In this document: one piece after another, positions 38,331 to 49,578 of the stretch
How the letters are laid out: the number at the start of each line of letters is the position of its first letter
Numbering within the stretch: the first letter of the stretch is position 1
The notes under the pieces: model-generated
What the model was told of the DNA's origin: nothing
The model's database searches: none
Seen by the model: the letters and a program-made list of their open reading frames with translations, nothing else
Made by a program: the position numbers and the translations under genes
Source of the DNA: Takakia lepidozioides
Taxonomy: Eukaryota > Plantae > Bryophyta
Assembly: GCA_030704615.1 (NCBI GenBank)
Contig: CM060732.1
Location: forward strand, 23,436,001-23,500,000
Length of the DNA stretch: 64,000 nucleotides
Direction of reading: 5' to 3'

Positions 38331-38942
38331 ATGGCGGGTGTGATGACTACTAGAACAGCTACACAGCTCTTCTCGCATCTTCCCTTGTTCGTGGCGGTGC
38401 TGCTACTGTGTTGTGGTGGGTGGTGGCCGGTTGGGGTTAGAGGTTCAGACATGGCGGCCCTGCTGGACTTCAAGGACGGGCTGAAAGCTGGGCACAAGCC
38501 GATCTCCGATTGGGTCGCCACCGATATCTCGCCTTGCAACTGGACAGGGGTTGCTTGCAATGCCCACAGTCGGGTGATAAAACTCTTTCTTTCGAGACTG
38601 GGACTGTCAGGGCCAATTTCTCCCAAGCTTGGCTCCATATCTTGCTTAAAACATCTGGACCTGAGTGGTAACGCTCTATCTGGAGGCATCCCTCCCCAGA
38701 TAGGAAATCTTCTCAACTTGCAACAGCTAGATCTCAACTCCAACTCGTTTATCTCGGGTAACATACCTCTGGGGCTCTACAATCTTTCCATTTTGCACTA
38801 CCTCGACTTGAGCCACAACGCCATCTCTGGGACCATTCCTTCCCAGGAACTCTTGGTAAACCTGCAGTATCTAGATTTCAGCAGTAATATGCTCTCTGGA
38901 GGACTCCCAGCTGTTCAAACCGTGCCTAAGCTTCAGCCTTAG
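38331..38942 (+). pseudogene. Truncated LRR receptor ectodomain (signal peptide, LRRNT, about 5 plant LRRs), EMS1/EXS-like N-terminus; no TM or kinase
   Basis: Hydrophobic signal peptide; ALLDFK..W....PCNWTGVAC; LxxLDLSxNxLSGxIP repeats; ORF stops abruptly where GC-rich repeat-like sequence begins. Confidence 0.7.
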
Positions 38943-39158
38943 TGCCGGGGATGCCCGGGCAAAAACTGCCCGCCCTGCCACGTCCTCCACGCCACGTGAG
39001 CGCCCAGCCCTCGCGCTTCTTCCCGTTGACTCCTCTCAGCGCCACGCGGGCGCGTGGGGGCCCGCCTACCCCCAAGCCTTCGGCGCCCACGCCTTGCCAC
39101 GTGAGGCCCTCCCTACCTGCCACGTCGCTCTCCCACAGAGCCCGGCACGAGAGGCTGT

Positions 39159-39249
39159 CCTATACAGTCTCCCATACCCTGTCTAAAAAGAGTATGGCTA
39201 AACCAGATTGAGCCATATCCTTTTTAGACGGTATATGGAAACGTATAGG
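39159..39249. repeat. Imperfect palindrome with an approx. 40-bp stem
   Basis: CTATACAGTCTCCCATACCCTGTCTAAAAAGAGTATGGCT pairs with AGCCATATCCTTTTTAGACGGTATATGGAAACGTATAG. Confidence 0.7.
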
Positions 39250-39899
39250 AAATACACTAACTCCTAGGAGGGTATGGAAGTGTTGATGATGGTTGGGTTT
39301 AAGTATGGTGACATACATTATTTGAGATAACAATAATGGAACGGAAAGGCTGACGGGAGCGATGGCGGCGAGCTCCGCAGGCCCTGCTGCGTGACTGAGC
39401 TCTAGCTCCCCTTGCGATCCATCTGCTTCTGGCAGATGAGGTGTGGAGCGCCCATCCTCCTTTTTCCTTCTCCTTGCTTTTCCCCCAACCCTCTCCTTTC
39501 TTCATCTCCTCTCCGATAGAGCTTCCGATGAAAAACTCTTCTTGTAAGTTGCCCATCATCTCCTAGCTATTTTCCTTCCTTCTCCATGCTTTTCTCTCCT
39601 CGACTTACCAATCTTCATCTTCTCTCTCAAAAGTTGCTGATGAAAGACTCCACTAGTGCGGCTCTAGTCTTCATCTCCTTCCGGTTTCGTTCGTCGACCC
39701 TCCAGCCCAAAGTGGTCTAGGGCTTCTGACGGGTAGTGATCTTCATGATTCTCGAGCGCTGCCGGCGCTCCTGTTTGCTGCTCATTGATTTCCTCCAGCT
39801 TCGTGTTGCGTACGATTCGACGGTGTCGAGTTTTCTTGTATTTTTTTTTTCTGGCTTATTCATGAGGTTGTCCCCTCCATCTCCCGCCCGCGGATTAAT

Positions 39900-41300
39900 G
39901 TCTCCCCCTCCACCCTCTTCGCAAAGGGAACCTCCCGAGAACAAAACCTTCGGCTTCCCCAGCTTCTCCTTTCCTGTTCTCGACTCTGTGCAAATGGCGT
40001 CCTTTGTGTCTGGGCGCCCAGGCAGAGACACAATGGCGGATCCTCCAGAAGGCAGGCACATGATGGTCATGGGTGCTAGGCAGCGGGTCTTCTGCACCGC
40101 CCATGTTAGAGTCTGACTCGGTGCAACTTTGGAGTGAAAACGTAGGTCTTGTCGATGAAAGCCAGCCGATCCTCGCTCTTGACATGAACCTCATTAAAGA
40201 GCACTCCTTGTTGATGAAAGAAACGGGAATCTTGCTGCATTTCCCTGGCAGGGCCAGAAACAGGTTCTGGGCCAGACAGTGGACTCTTGAGCAGTACCTT
40301 AGTGGTGGGGGTGGCCTCACTCGGCATTTTAGTATTCCCCTGGGGTGGGGTTCTTACTCCATAATGTTCGTCTCGGCTGAGCTGGCGGAGAAGGCACTGA
40401 AGTTCAACACAGCCAAATCGCGATACAGGGTGACCAATTTTCCTTGGTCCGCCGATTGGGGCCACAAGGAAGGCATTACATGCAAACCCGGCATCCTAGC
40501 GTTACCATTTCTCCCTGGCAACCATTTCCGTTCGCTTCCAGAGATAGGTGGCCGCCTTTGTGGGTGCCATTCTTCTAATGACCATGACATTACGGACCCT
40601 CAGAGTGTTGACAATGGAGGAGATCCTTATGACGGGTATCGTGACAGTGGAGTTCCTCGATTGGTGGTCCTCATGCCGGATTCAGCGAGGATTCCTAAAT
40701 CAATCAAACTCCCCTCTCTCAATGGCTCCTTCATTTCTGTAGTGGTTCAAGAGGAGATTCTTTCTATCGTTTGCCATCACTCTCGTCGTGAAGGTCATGT
40801 AAAAGCTGACTGTCCTAATATTCCTGCAAAGTTCCAAGAAGCCCGTTTCTCTAATTAAACTGTAACGAGGCTTTCAATAATCGAGCGGCTGTGCAGGTGG
40901 CCCCTCCCCGTTGAGCAGAAAGCGTCCGGATTCTTCGCCCTTGGAGCAACCTCCTGCAAAAAGATACCGAGATGCCATCACTGGCCCACCATCCGTCAGT
41001 CCAAGAGTTTACCTGTTCCCGGCTAAGTCTCCCATCTCCACGGAAATAGGGGCTTCCACTCCAACAACATTCGAGTTGGGGGAAAATGCTCCGGACAGTC
41101 TGGCGACTTTCTGCCTTACGCAGCTTAAGTCTTTCTCCAACTTGCCTCTGGCTGACGAGGTGTTGGGCCTGACTCTTTTCTGGCTGAGATTTGGATTACC
41201 CCTATAATTTTTGGCTTCCCGGATGGTAAGCCTTCTATCCTCCTCACGGGTGACAACTCCTTCCTCAGCTCGCAGATCTCTGACCTCGACATGAGGTTGC
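39900..41300 (+). mobile_element. L1-type LINE ORF1 (gag-like) remnant
   Basis: ORF 40073-40858 has a DUF4283-like region (LGWGSYSIMFVSAELAEKAL..FPW) and a degenerate zinc knuckle CHHSRREGHVKADCP; no ORF2 follows. Confidence 0.6.
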
Positions 41301-43738
41301 TTAAACCCTCTCATGAGCTCAACCTGGTTGTTTCGAAGGTGGCAGGAATCTTCTCCTCGCAGCTTCCATTGTTTTGATCCCTATCAGCCGAGACTGCAAT
41401 GTATTTTGGGGCTTTATCTCAGAAGATGCCTCTGCAAAATACTCTTATGCAATCCAGGTGTTGCCTGTGGTTCCTCCATTGTTAGCCATCTCCATATTTG
41501 CGCTCGCATCGTGTAGTGGGCTCTCGGATGCCATCTCCATTAGAAAAGACTTTTTTTTATGGTTTGTCCCAAGAAGAGAGAGGGTACGTGAGACCTTTGG
41601 GGATGGAAGGAGAAGTTCCAAGTGATGAAAGGTGCCTAACATCAAAAATTATGGATGAAAAGTGTCTAATTTACATAAATCCTTTTTAAAAGTGCCTAAA
41701 ACAATATGCCTCTCATTTTAAGATAATAGGGTCTTCAATGGGCACGTGCGATGTGGCCAGTGGGCCCCGCGCACGGACGCCCGGCTCCCCAGCACCCCGC
41801 CCGCCCCGCCCGCCCGCGCGCTGCGCCCGGGCGCGGCTGCAGCAACCGCGCCCGCGCCCCCGTCCCCCGCCCATGAGTCCGCTGCCCTCCAGTCCGCCAG
41901 TCCGCTGCTGGCCAGTCCGCTGCCCAACAGTCTGCCAGTCCGCTAGTCCACTGGCCAGTCCCCTGCCATCCAGTCCGATGACGGCGCAGGATCGCCACCG
42001 TCCATTCCCATAACCCATCCGAGCCCTCCATTTTTAGGGCTACGAAAATGGCAATGATCTTCCCACCAAATCTCGGCCGCTCTCTATTGACGGCTGTTTG
42101 TTGTCCGATGTTGCGGTAGGCGTTTCCATGCACGCGACTGTTCCTGTTTTGCGCGCGATGTTCATGATGATGATGAAGCGTGTGCTTGAACATGAGAGGA
42201 CTGTCTGGGCACTACAGCCACCATCGTGCATATGCTTCCACTATTTTTGCCTTCTTGTTGTGCTTTCGGGAACCCTCGTTTTATGGTTTGGTTCTATGTC
42301 ATAAATATGGAAAATGCGGACATCTGTCGTCGATAACGTCCTCTGCTTGTGATCCGTCATGATACGTTTAGCCTCTTCGTACTGCATCCCTCATGAGAGC
42401 CTTCACAAGTTTAGTTCGTTAAAGGAACCCATGGGTAACATGGGCGCGAAAATGGTGGAAGCGTATGCACATGGGGGCGTGTATTGCAGATTTCGTATCG
42501 GACGATGGGACTGTTTATGTGACCAAGTATAGCGGCTTGCATCCGTCGTGCATAAGTTGTGGAAAAGGGTGGAGAATCTGAAGAAACCCAGCTTTGTGAT
42601 GGATCCACATGGTATTATATAAGGGATGGCAGCACAAAAAAACAATTCGAGTCGTCACGGAACACCATCCAGTCGTAAGGTCCTCAAACATCCACACGCA
42701 CCTGCTGAATGCAGATGTCTGAGCCACGATGGGAGATGTCTGAGACAATTGCATCTGCAAATGCGCGTGGATGTTTGAGGTCCGTTGTGTCGCGAGTCTG
42801 TTCACAGTGGGTCCGCTAGCCCGTCAGTGCTCCGGATATTCCCCTTATCGCGTGCATAACAGTCAGTTTGGAGGCGGTCTGCTGGAAGTCCGTCTGTTGG
42901 GATAGCAGTCTGTTGCACTTGTGAATTTGTCAGTCGGTTGTGTCGGAAGTCTGTTGCACTAAGTCTGTTTGACTTCTTATTTTCCCTCCGGTCAGTCTTT
43001 TGGCTTGTTCTCCCGCCAGTCTGGCGAAACGTCCGTCTGCTGGACAGTTCTCCTCTATGGATATCAGTCTGTTGGACTGTGCATGCATCAGTCTATTGTG
43101 CCGCGAGTCTGTTCGCAATGGGTGTGTTCAACTTTCCTGTTCCCGCCTTACTCTCTTTTGTCTTCATTCCACTGGCAGGGAAGTGCCTCCAATATGAAGC
43201 CGCTTCGCCTCAGCAAAGCGAATAGTCCACTGGACTGGCGGTCCGCTGGACTCTCGGCCCGATGGGAAATGAGTCTGTTGCACTTGCGAGGAGCGTGGAT
43301 GAATTTAGTATGATCCGTTCGTTCGGTGGACGTATTCAATGCGATGACGGCGGATAGTTGGCGCCTGTGAAATCGCGCCACGTTGGCAATGCCATGCCCG
43401 CTTTCCCCCTTCTACTTCTACTTTCTCCATTCTCTTCGCGCCTGTTTCTTCGCACAGTTTTGCACTGCTTTGTTTTCCTCTTTGCATTTCCATCACCGTA
43501 ACGAAAGACGACCGTTCTTCCCCAGGTGTGGAGAGTCGCGGTGAGCCGCGAAGCGTCGCAAACACGCTCGCCTTCGTAACAATTCGAAGTTCATCGGCTC
43601 GGTGAGGTTCTCACTTGCTGCGGTGTTTCCATTCCATTTTGTGTCCTCTTCTTCTTGCTTAGGGTGAGTCTTTTCATAGGACTTCTATCTGTCTCTCTGT
43701 CGCTCATTGTCCTTGCACCTTCGTTTCATTCTGCAGCG

Positions 43739-46700
43739 ATGGAGGATGCTTGTGAAAAAGGTGGAGCAGACTGGTTGGATTTTGTGCACCAAACCAGACT
43801 GAAGAAGGAGCGAAGGTACTGGTACTCACCAGACGAGTTTGATCATAAAATAGTGGAAGCATTTGTAGACCTCCACGCCCGGAAGCCCAAAAACTCAAAT
43901 TGGCAGAAGGACAAGCTCTTCTGTCCTTTCTGTGAAGAGGTAATCAAGGACAAAATCCAACTAAATCGGCATTGTATTGACACGGATTGCAAGGAGACTG
44001 TTGCAATGATTCCACGGGATTTCAAGCCTTGGCCGATACTGAAAGAAATGTCGATTGTCAAAGAGGCCACAATGTGCTTGCGTGGATCAGTGCTTGACCC
44101 CCGCACTTTGGAATTAGACGAAGTGCGCGCACGGTATGGCGTCCATTGTGGTGGCCCGTCAATGGAGGATTTGCAAGTGCGGGGAACGCTGGACGCTCCC
44201 AGAAAACGTAAACTGAGTGATGGGGCCCAAAAAAAGGAGAGGCAAAAAAAGGAGAAGGCTGCAAGGTCTGCTCGCGAGGCAAGGGCAAAATCCACCCAAC
44301 AGATTGAACCCCGTCCTGGGCGGCAGACCCACACCATCAGTACTGATACTGAAAGTGAATCTACTCAGGGCCTGGAAGGGGTGACAAGTCCAGTGGACAT
44401 TGACTTGCCTAACCAGACTCGGCAGCAGGGTCAAAACCAAAAACTCAACAGAGCACTGAAGGGCCAGTCTGCCCTGGCACATTGCGCCTCGTTGACTTTG
44501 GGCTTTTCCCACCAGAATGCCCACCAATTGGGGATCCAGACTTCTTCCGTTATTTCTACAGAGTTGCCCAGTCAGGTCTGCTACGCACATTAATCCGACA
44601 GGCGGAACAGAACTGGTTGAACAGCTTTGAAGATGAAGATGACGATGATGAAGTAGAGGAGGTAATGGTCAGTCTGACCGCCCAGTCTGTTCTCTATGCT
44701 GTTTGAGTCCATCATCGGGGTCACGTTGCCTATTCAGTCTGGTCAGTCCCCTGCGTTCTCTCCTCAGTCCGCTCGTCAGTTAGTCTGTTTTATATCGCTG
44801 CATTACTTACTGAGTCCGTTTGGCAGTCCGCTGGTCCAGTCCACTGGTATAGTCTACTAGTTGTCTCCACCCTACGTACGCACGTTACAGTCTGTTGGTC
44901 TGTGAATCCAGTCCGCTGCATGAGGTGAATATAGAGTCCACGTCCATATTCCTGACGTCGAAGTTCTCTGCCATGTACCAGGATGAACGTGTTTCTATTC
45001 GTAGGGCCATTCAGGCTTGGCGGAAACCTAGCAATGATGCTCCTTTACAAGCGACTGCAGTGCATGCGGAAGTGGACCGCGTGCGAGAGTACATATTATT
45101 GAAGTATCCTGGGTCATTTGCTGCTATAGCGGCATTACATATTGAAGACGTGTCGGGGGGGAATGCGTCTGGGACAGCCGAGTCTGCCATCCAGCAGACT
45201 CCCATTCAGCAGGCCGTCATCCAGCAGACTCCCGTTCAGCAGCCTGTCATCCAGCAGACTCCAAGAGAGCAGACTCCCAACGAGCAGCCTGTCATCCTGC
45301 AGACTCCTCTCCAGGAGCCCATCATGCAGCCCATGCCAATGGGAAGTCCTGTCATCCAACAGACTGCGGACCAGCAGACTGACCAGCAGACTGCCTTTCT
45401 CTCATAGCACGGCGCTTTTTGCAGTTTGGCGATCGCCATCACCGGTAATTCGCCCCGGAGCTGAAGACCTCACACTTCCCCGGCTTAAGGTGGGAGAAAT
45501 TAATCCCCATTTGGATTGGCATAATGAGCTCCACCGGATCGTTGCGGACCGCCGGTGGTCATTTGTACCCTTTCATTATTCCATGGAGTTTTCTATTGAG
45601 GAAGCCAACCATGTTCTAGAAGCCGCCTCTGCTGTTGCCATTGAAGCCACAAGCGACCAAAATGCGCCGCCTCTACTTGTGCAGCTGATTCTCATGGATG
45701 ACCCACGGCCTGAAGACCTCAGACATATGCCTATGGCACATCTAATTTTTGGGGTGCGAAGAAAGCACTTGTTCGGATTGACTGAGGAGGACTTTGAGCG
45801 CATGGCAGCTCCCTTCCTACAACACAGATGGATGCAATTTGGCAATTTCCGCTCATACAACAAGTTGATGAAGGATTTGCATAGTTTGAGGATGGACTTA
45901 CTCCATAGAACAGACCATTCACAGAAGTTTTGTGGTGGATGAGGCATTGCACTAGTTTGCATTGGTGATGGAGCGAGCAGTATTCGACATTGTTTTGCAG
46001 AATCCCATTGTTTTGCATAATCCCAATGTTTTCAAAGTCCTGTGGTGTGGGATCCTAACTGAAGACCGCATCGGCGCCATTGCTCATCTCGATGGAGCAT
46101 GCCTGTGCCGGAAAATCAAGGACATTGGCCTCGTCAGAAATCTCTTGGAAGGTAAAATGTTATGGGCAACTTTCGTGTTTCAGCTCAATTTCTTTTGCCA
46201 ACTTTTTTACAAGTTCACATTTGCATAAACATGTGTTGCAGGGCGAGTTGATCTGGGAGACAAGCAAGTGCAGGCTGCTTTCGACTCTTTTGCCAGAGGT
46301 GCAAGGGACCTTGTTCTGGCTTTACAAGGAGTTCGGGAGACTGTCCAGCAGACTGGCCACAAGAATGTCGAACAACATATTCCCCACGACACATGTGGGC
46401 AGACTGCCCAAGTGCTGGAGACCGAGCATGTGCACCAGACCGTCCCGGGTAATAGGCCGGATCACTCCCAGCAGACTGCCCTGCACACACATACTCAGTA
46501 TGTGCAAACAGTACTGAGCGGGCAGCGAACTTTGCAGACTTTGCAGCAGACCGGAGAACAGACCGGCCAACAGACTGCCCTCATCCGACTGTGCAACAGA
46601 CCAGCGAACATGGCCACCAGACTGCCCCTCAGCAAACTGTACAACAGACCGTGCAGCAGACCGACAAATCCAGCCAGCAGATTGCCCCTCAGCAGACCGT

Positions 46701-48779
46701 GCAGCAGACCGACGAATCCAGCCAGCAGATTGCCCCTCAGCAGACTGTGCAGCACACTGGCGAACCTACTCAGCAGATGGCCGAGCAGACTATCCAGGAG
46801 ACTAACAGCTAGTCTGTTCCCTGGATTGTGCAACAGACTCGGATGCACTGGCCTCATCGGGACCCTGTGGACGAATTTCTGTTGAGTTCCCAACAACATG
46901 TTTTTGGATCTGCCAGTATGAGTGTTTTGACCGAGTCCAATTTTCCCCCAAGCACATTCACTGACGACGTCATCAGGTCACCGGTAAAGCATTCTTATCC
47001 AGCTCCCAGTGGCCTGCCTTCTATGACCTTCCAGGTTAGTCCGGTTTTCGTGCGCTCAGTGGCGAAAGCCATAGATGAGTCTTACGTGATGACCGAACTC
47101 AATCTGGGAACGCAAAACCGTATCATAGATCTTACAGAAGAGTCTGAGGAAGCAATGGCCGGTGGGTCTTCCATACATGTTCTTGATGTTTCTTAAGTCT
47201 ATGGAGATCCGAACACCCAGCCGGCTGTCCACCAGACTGACCAGATGGATAGAAGCTGCACCAGTGGCAGATCATACAGCAGCCCTTGCTGCCCGCTTTC
47301 TTGAGGAAGAAGTAATTGACAGGTATAGCTGCCCACATACGTTGCTCTACAGCTGTCCCTGCTTCCCAGGGGAGAGGCAAAGCCAAGAAGCGGACTGTCG
47401 TGGACCATGCTGAGGAGGTCGAGGAGGGTCCGAGTACCAAGAGACCGGCGAAGAAAAAGTCTGGCGTCTTTATGAACAAGAACTGCAAGCTGGCCTTGGA
47501 CATGGACAAAGATGTGGGTCGTTTCCTGGAGTAGCACAGGTGAGTATTGTGCTCAGTCTCCTCGTTTGTCTTTGTCGTTAAGTGTTTTGCGCTCTGTTGT
47601 GGTCAATCTGCACGCTGGTCAGTCTGCTGCTGGTTTCATCATTGTCTGTTGTGGTTAGTCTTGTCAGTCTGATGAATTGTTCAGCCTGTAGAGTGTTTGG
47701 TACCATGTTGACGTCAGTCTGTTCAGTACATGAGGCTTCCCGAAGGATGGTCTGCTCTGTGCAGGATGGGTGCTCGGTTTGGCAAAGCACATGCTCTGCA
47801 CGTGAAGGCAGATAATTCCATGCTGATGTTTTTTGAAGGGGACCCACGGTTTGAATGCGGACTGTCGCCGGATGACATAAAGGCGGTCCAGAAGGTTGAG
47901 TCGGAGTGCACAGATAGACTCATGGAGCTGTGGTGTCGATTCTATGAGAAGTCGGTTGAGGCTGCGTTCATCAACACTATTGTTGTTCTTCCAATGTCGA
48001 CGTGGACGGTGTTGAAGTCATTGGGGGTGGGGCAACATGAAAGCCTTCTGGAGGTCTTGAAAGGTTGCCTCAGCACTGAACGACTGGGCAAGGACTTGAA
48101 AGAGTGTGATTTCATTTTGGTGCCAATTGGGGACGAGTAAGAACTCTTCTGAGTCTGCTGAGACTGTCTCCTGAGTCATAGTCTGGTTTCGCAGTGTCGT
48201 CTTGACTCTGAGCGATTAAGTTGACCTCTGTATTTGTGCAGTGGACTGGGTTTGAAGATTGAGTCTGCTGAGTGCTGAGTCTGCTGAGTGGTCGGTCTGC
48301 TGAGTCTGCCCATCATGATTGTGCAATGACGCCATGTTGTTTGATACCATTGCAGGGGGCACTGGAGTGTTTGTATCATCGACCTCCGCAAGGGCTGTTA
48401 CACTCACCTGAACTCTATCAGGGACTTGCATAAATGTCCCTTTGTTCTAGGGTGGATTCGGAAGCTTCATGCGCAGTGCTTAGGGTACTCGATGGACTCA
48501 CCAGAGTGGCATGAGATTGTCCAAGCATTTCAGTTCCACGCGCCTGATGTGCCCCAGCAACCATTCAGCTGGGAGTGTGGCTTTTACGTCATGTCATTCA
48601 TTCAAGTGTTTTATGAGTGGGTAAAAGTCAGAGCAAATGTCTCCAAGATCGCAAAGCCAGAGAGAGGAACACCTTTCACAAAGGACTGGTTTACTTTCAA
48701 GTTTGCACTTGGGCAGCGAATGCAATGTGCCCAGTATATCGTGCGGGGGTTGGACAATGTAGAGAAACTGCTCTCATGA
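43739..48779 (+). pseudogene. MULE-borne accessory gene(s): N-terminal C2HC zinc finger and basic NLS-like region, QQT repeats, C-terminal Ulp1-like (C48) protease; several frameshifts
   Basis: CPFC-x12-H-x5-C; PRKRKLS; spliced DFILVPIGDE|GHWSVCIIDLRKGCYTHLNS..PQQPFSWECGFYV (intron 48137-48355). May be one or two genes. Confidence 0.7.
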
Positions 48780-49324
48780 GTATGATGTACTTGTCATGTG
48801 AAGTCTATGTACCGAAATAAAAAATGCGAGTCTTTTCGCGTACTATTCCAGTGGTGATGAGCATTTTTGTGTACTGTGGGTGTTGGCATGTTTTGTAATG
48901 TTGTCACTAAACTCAATGGACACAATGGTGTCAATTTTTCCATGCACTGTGTACCCGAGTCTGCTGAGCTTGAATGTGCGAGCAGTACGCTGCCGAGGCT
49001 AGGACTGCTGGGTCTGGTACCTAGTGTGGGAGGCACCATGTCCATGAGTCCGCTGGGACGCTGGATTGGCATAAGTTGCAGGGATGAGGTGGAAGTGTGG
49101 TGAGCAGACTTTTGGAGTGGGCAGCAGACTGACCAGCAGACTAGCTTACTGGCGCTCGCAATTTGTTGATTGTGACTCTGTTGGGAGACTGTGCGTGAGT
49201 CCGTTGGGAGATTATGCTGGGAGACTGTGTGGGAGTCAGTTGGGAGACTGGAGGAGTCCATTGGGAGACTGTGCATTAGTCCATTGCGGACTTGTATTTC
49301 AGAAAGGGACAATGCTACCAGAAG

Positions 49325-49578
49325 AAATTGCAGACTTATATTGTCTTCTTCGTGACACCTACACGACATGTCACCTTGTCTCTTTTCGAGGAATTGCAGA
49401 CTTATATTGTTTTCTTCGTGACACCTACACGAACATGAAACCTTGTCTCTTTTTGAGGAATTGCAGACTTATATTGTCTTCTCCGTGACACCTACACGAC
49501 GTGAAACCTTGTCTGTTTTCGAGGCATTGCAGACTTATATTGTCTTCTTTGTGACATCTACACGACCTGAAACCTTGC
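49325..49578. repeat. 66-67-bp tandem repeat, about 3.8 copies, overlapping the transposase stop
   Basis: TTGCAGACTTATATTGT at 49328, 49394, 49461 and 49527. Confidence 0.92.

Noticed and set aside
41713-42193. GC-rich ORFs at the MULE ends (also 52864-53355)
   Set aside because: They lie in the TIRs and reflect low stop frequency in GC-rich sequence.
49325-49578. CRISPR-like array
   Set aside because: Contiguous tandem units with no unique spacers, eukaryotic context, no cas genes; the same applies to 60415-60655.
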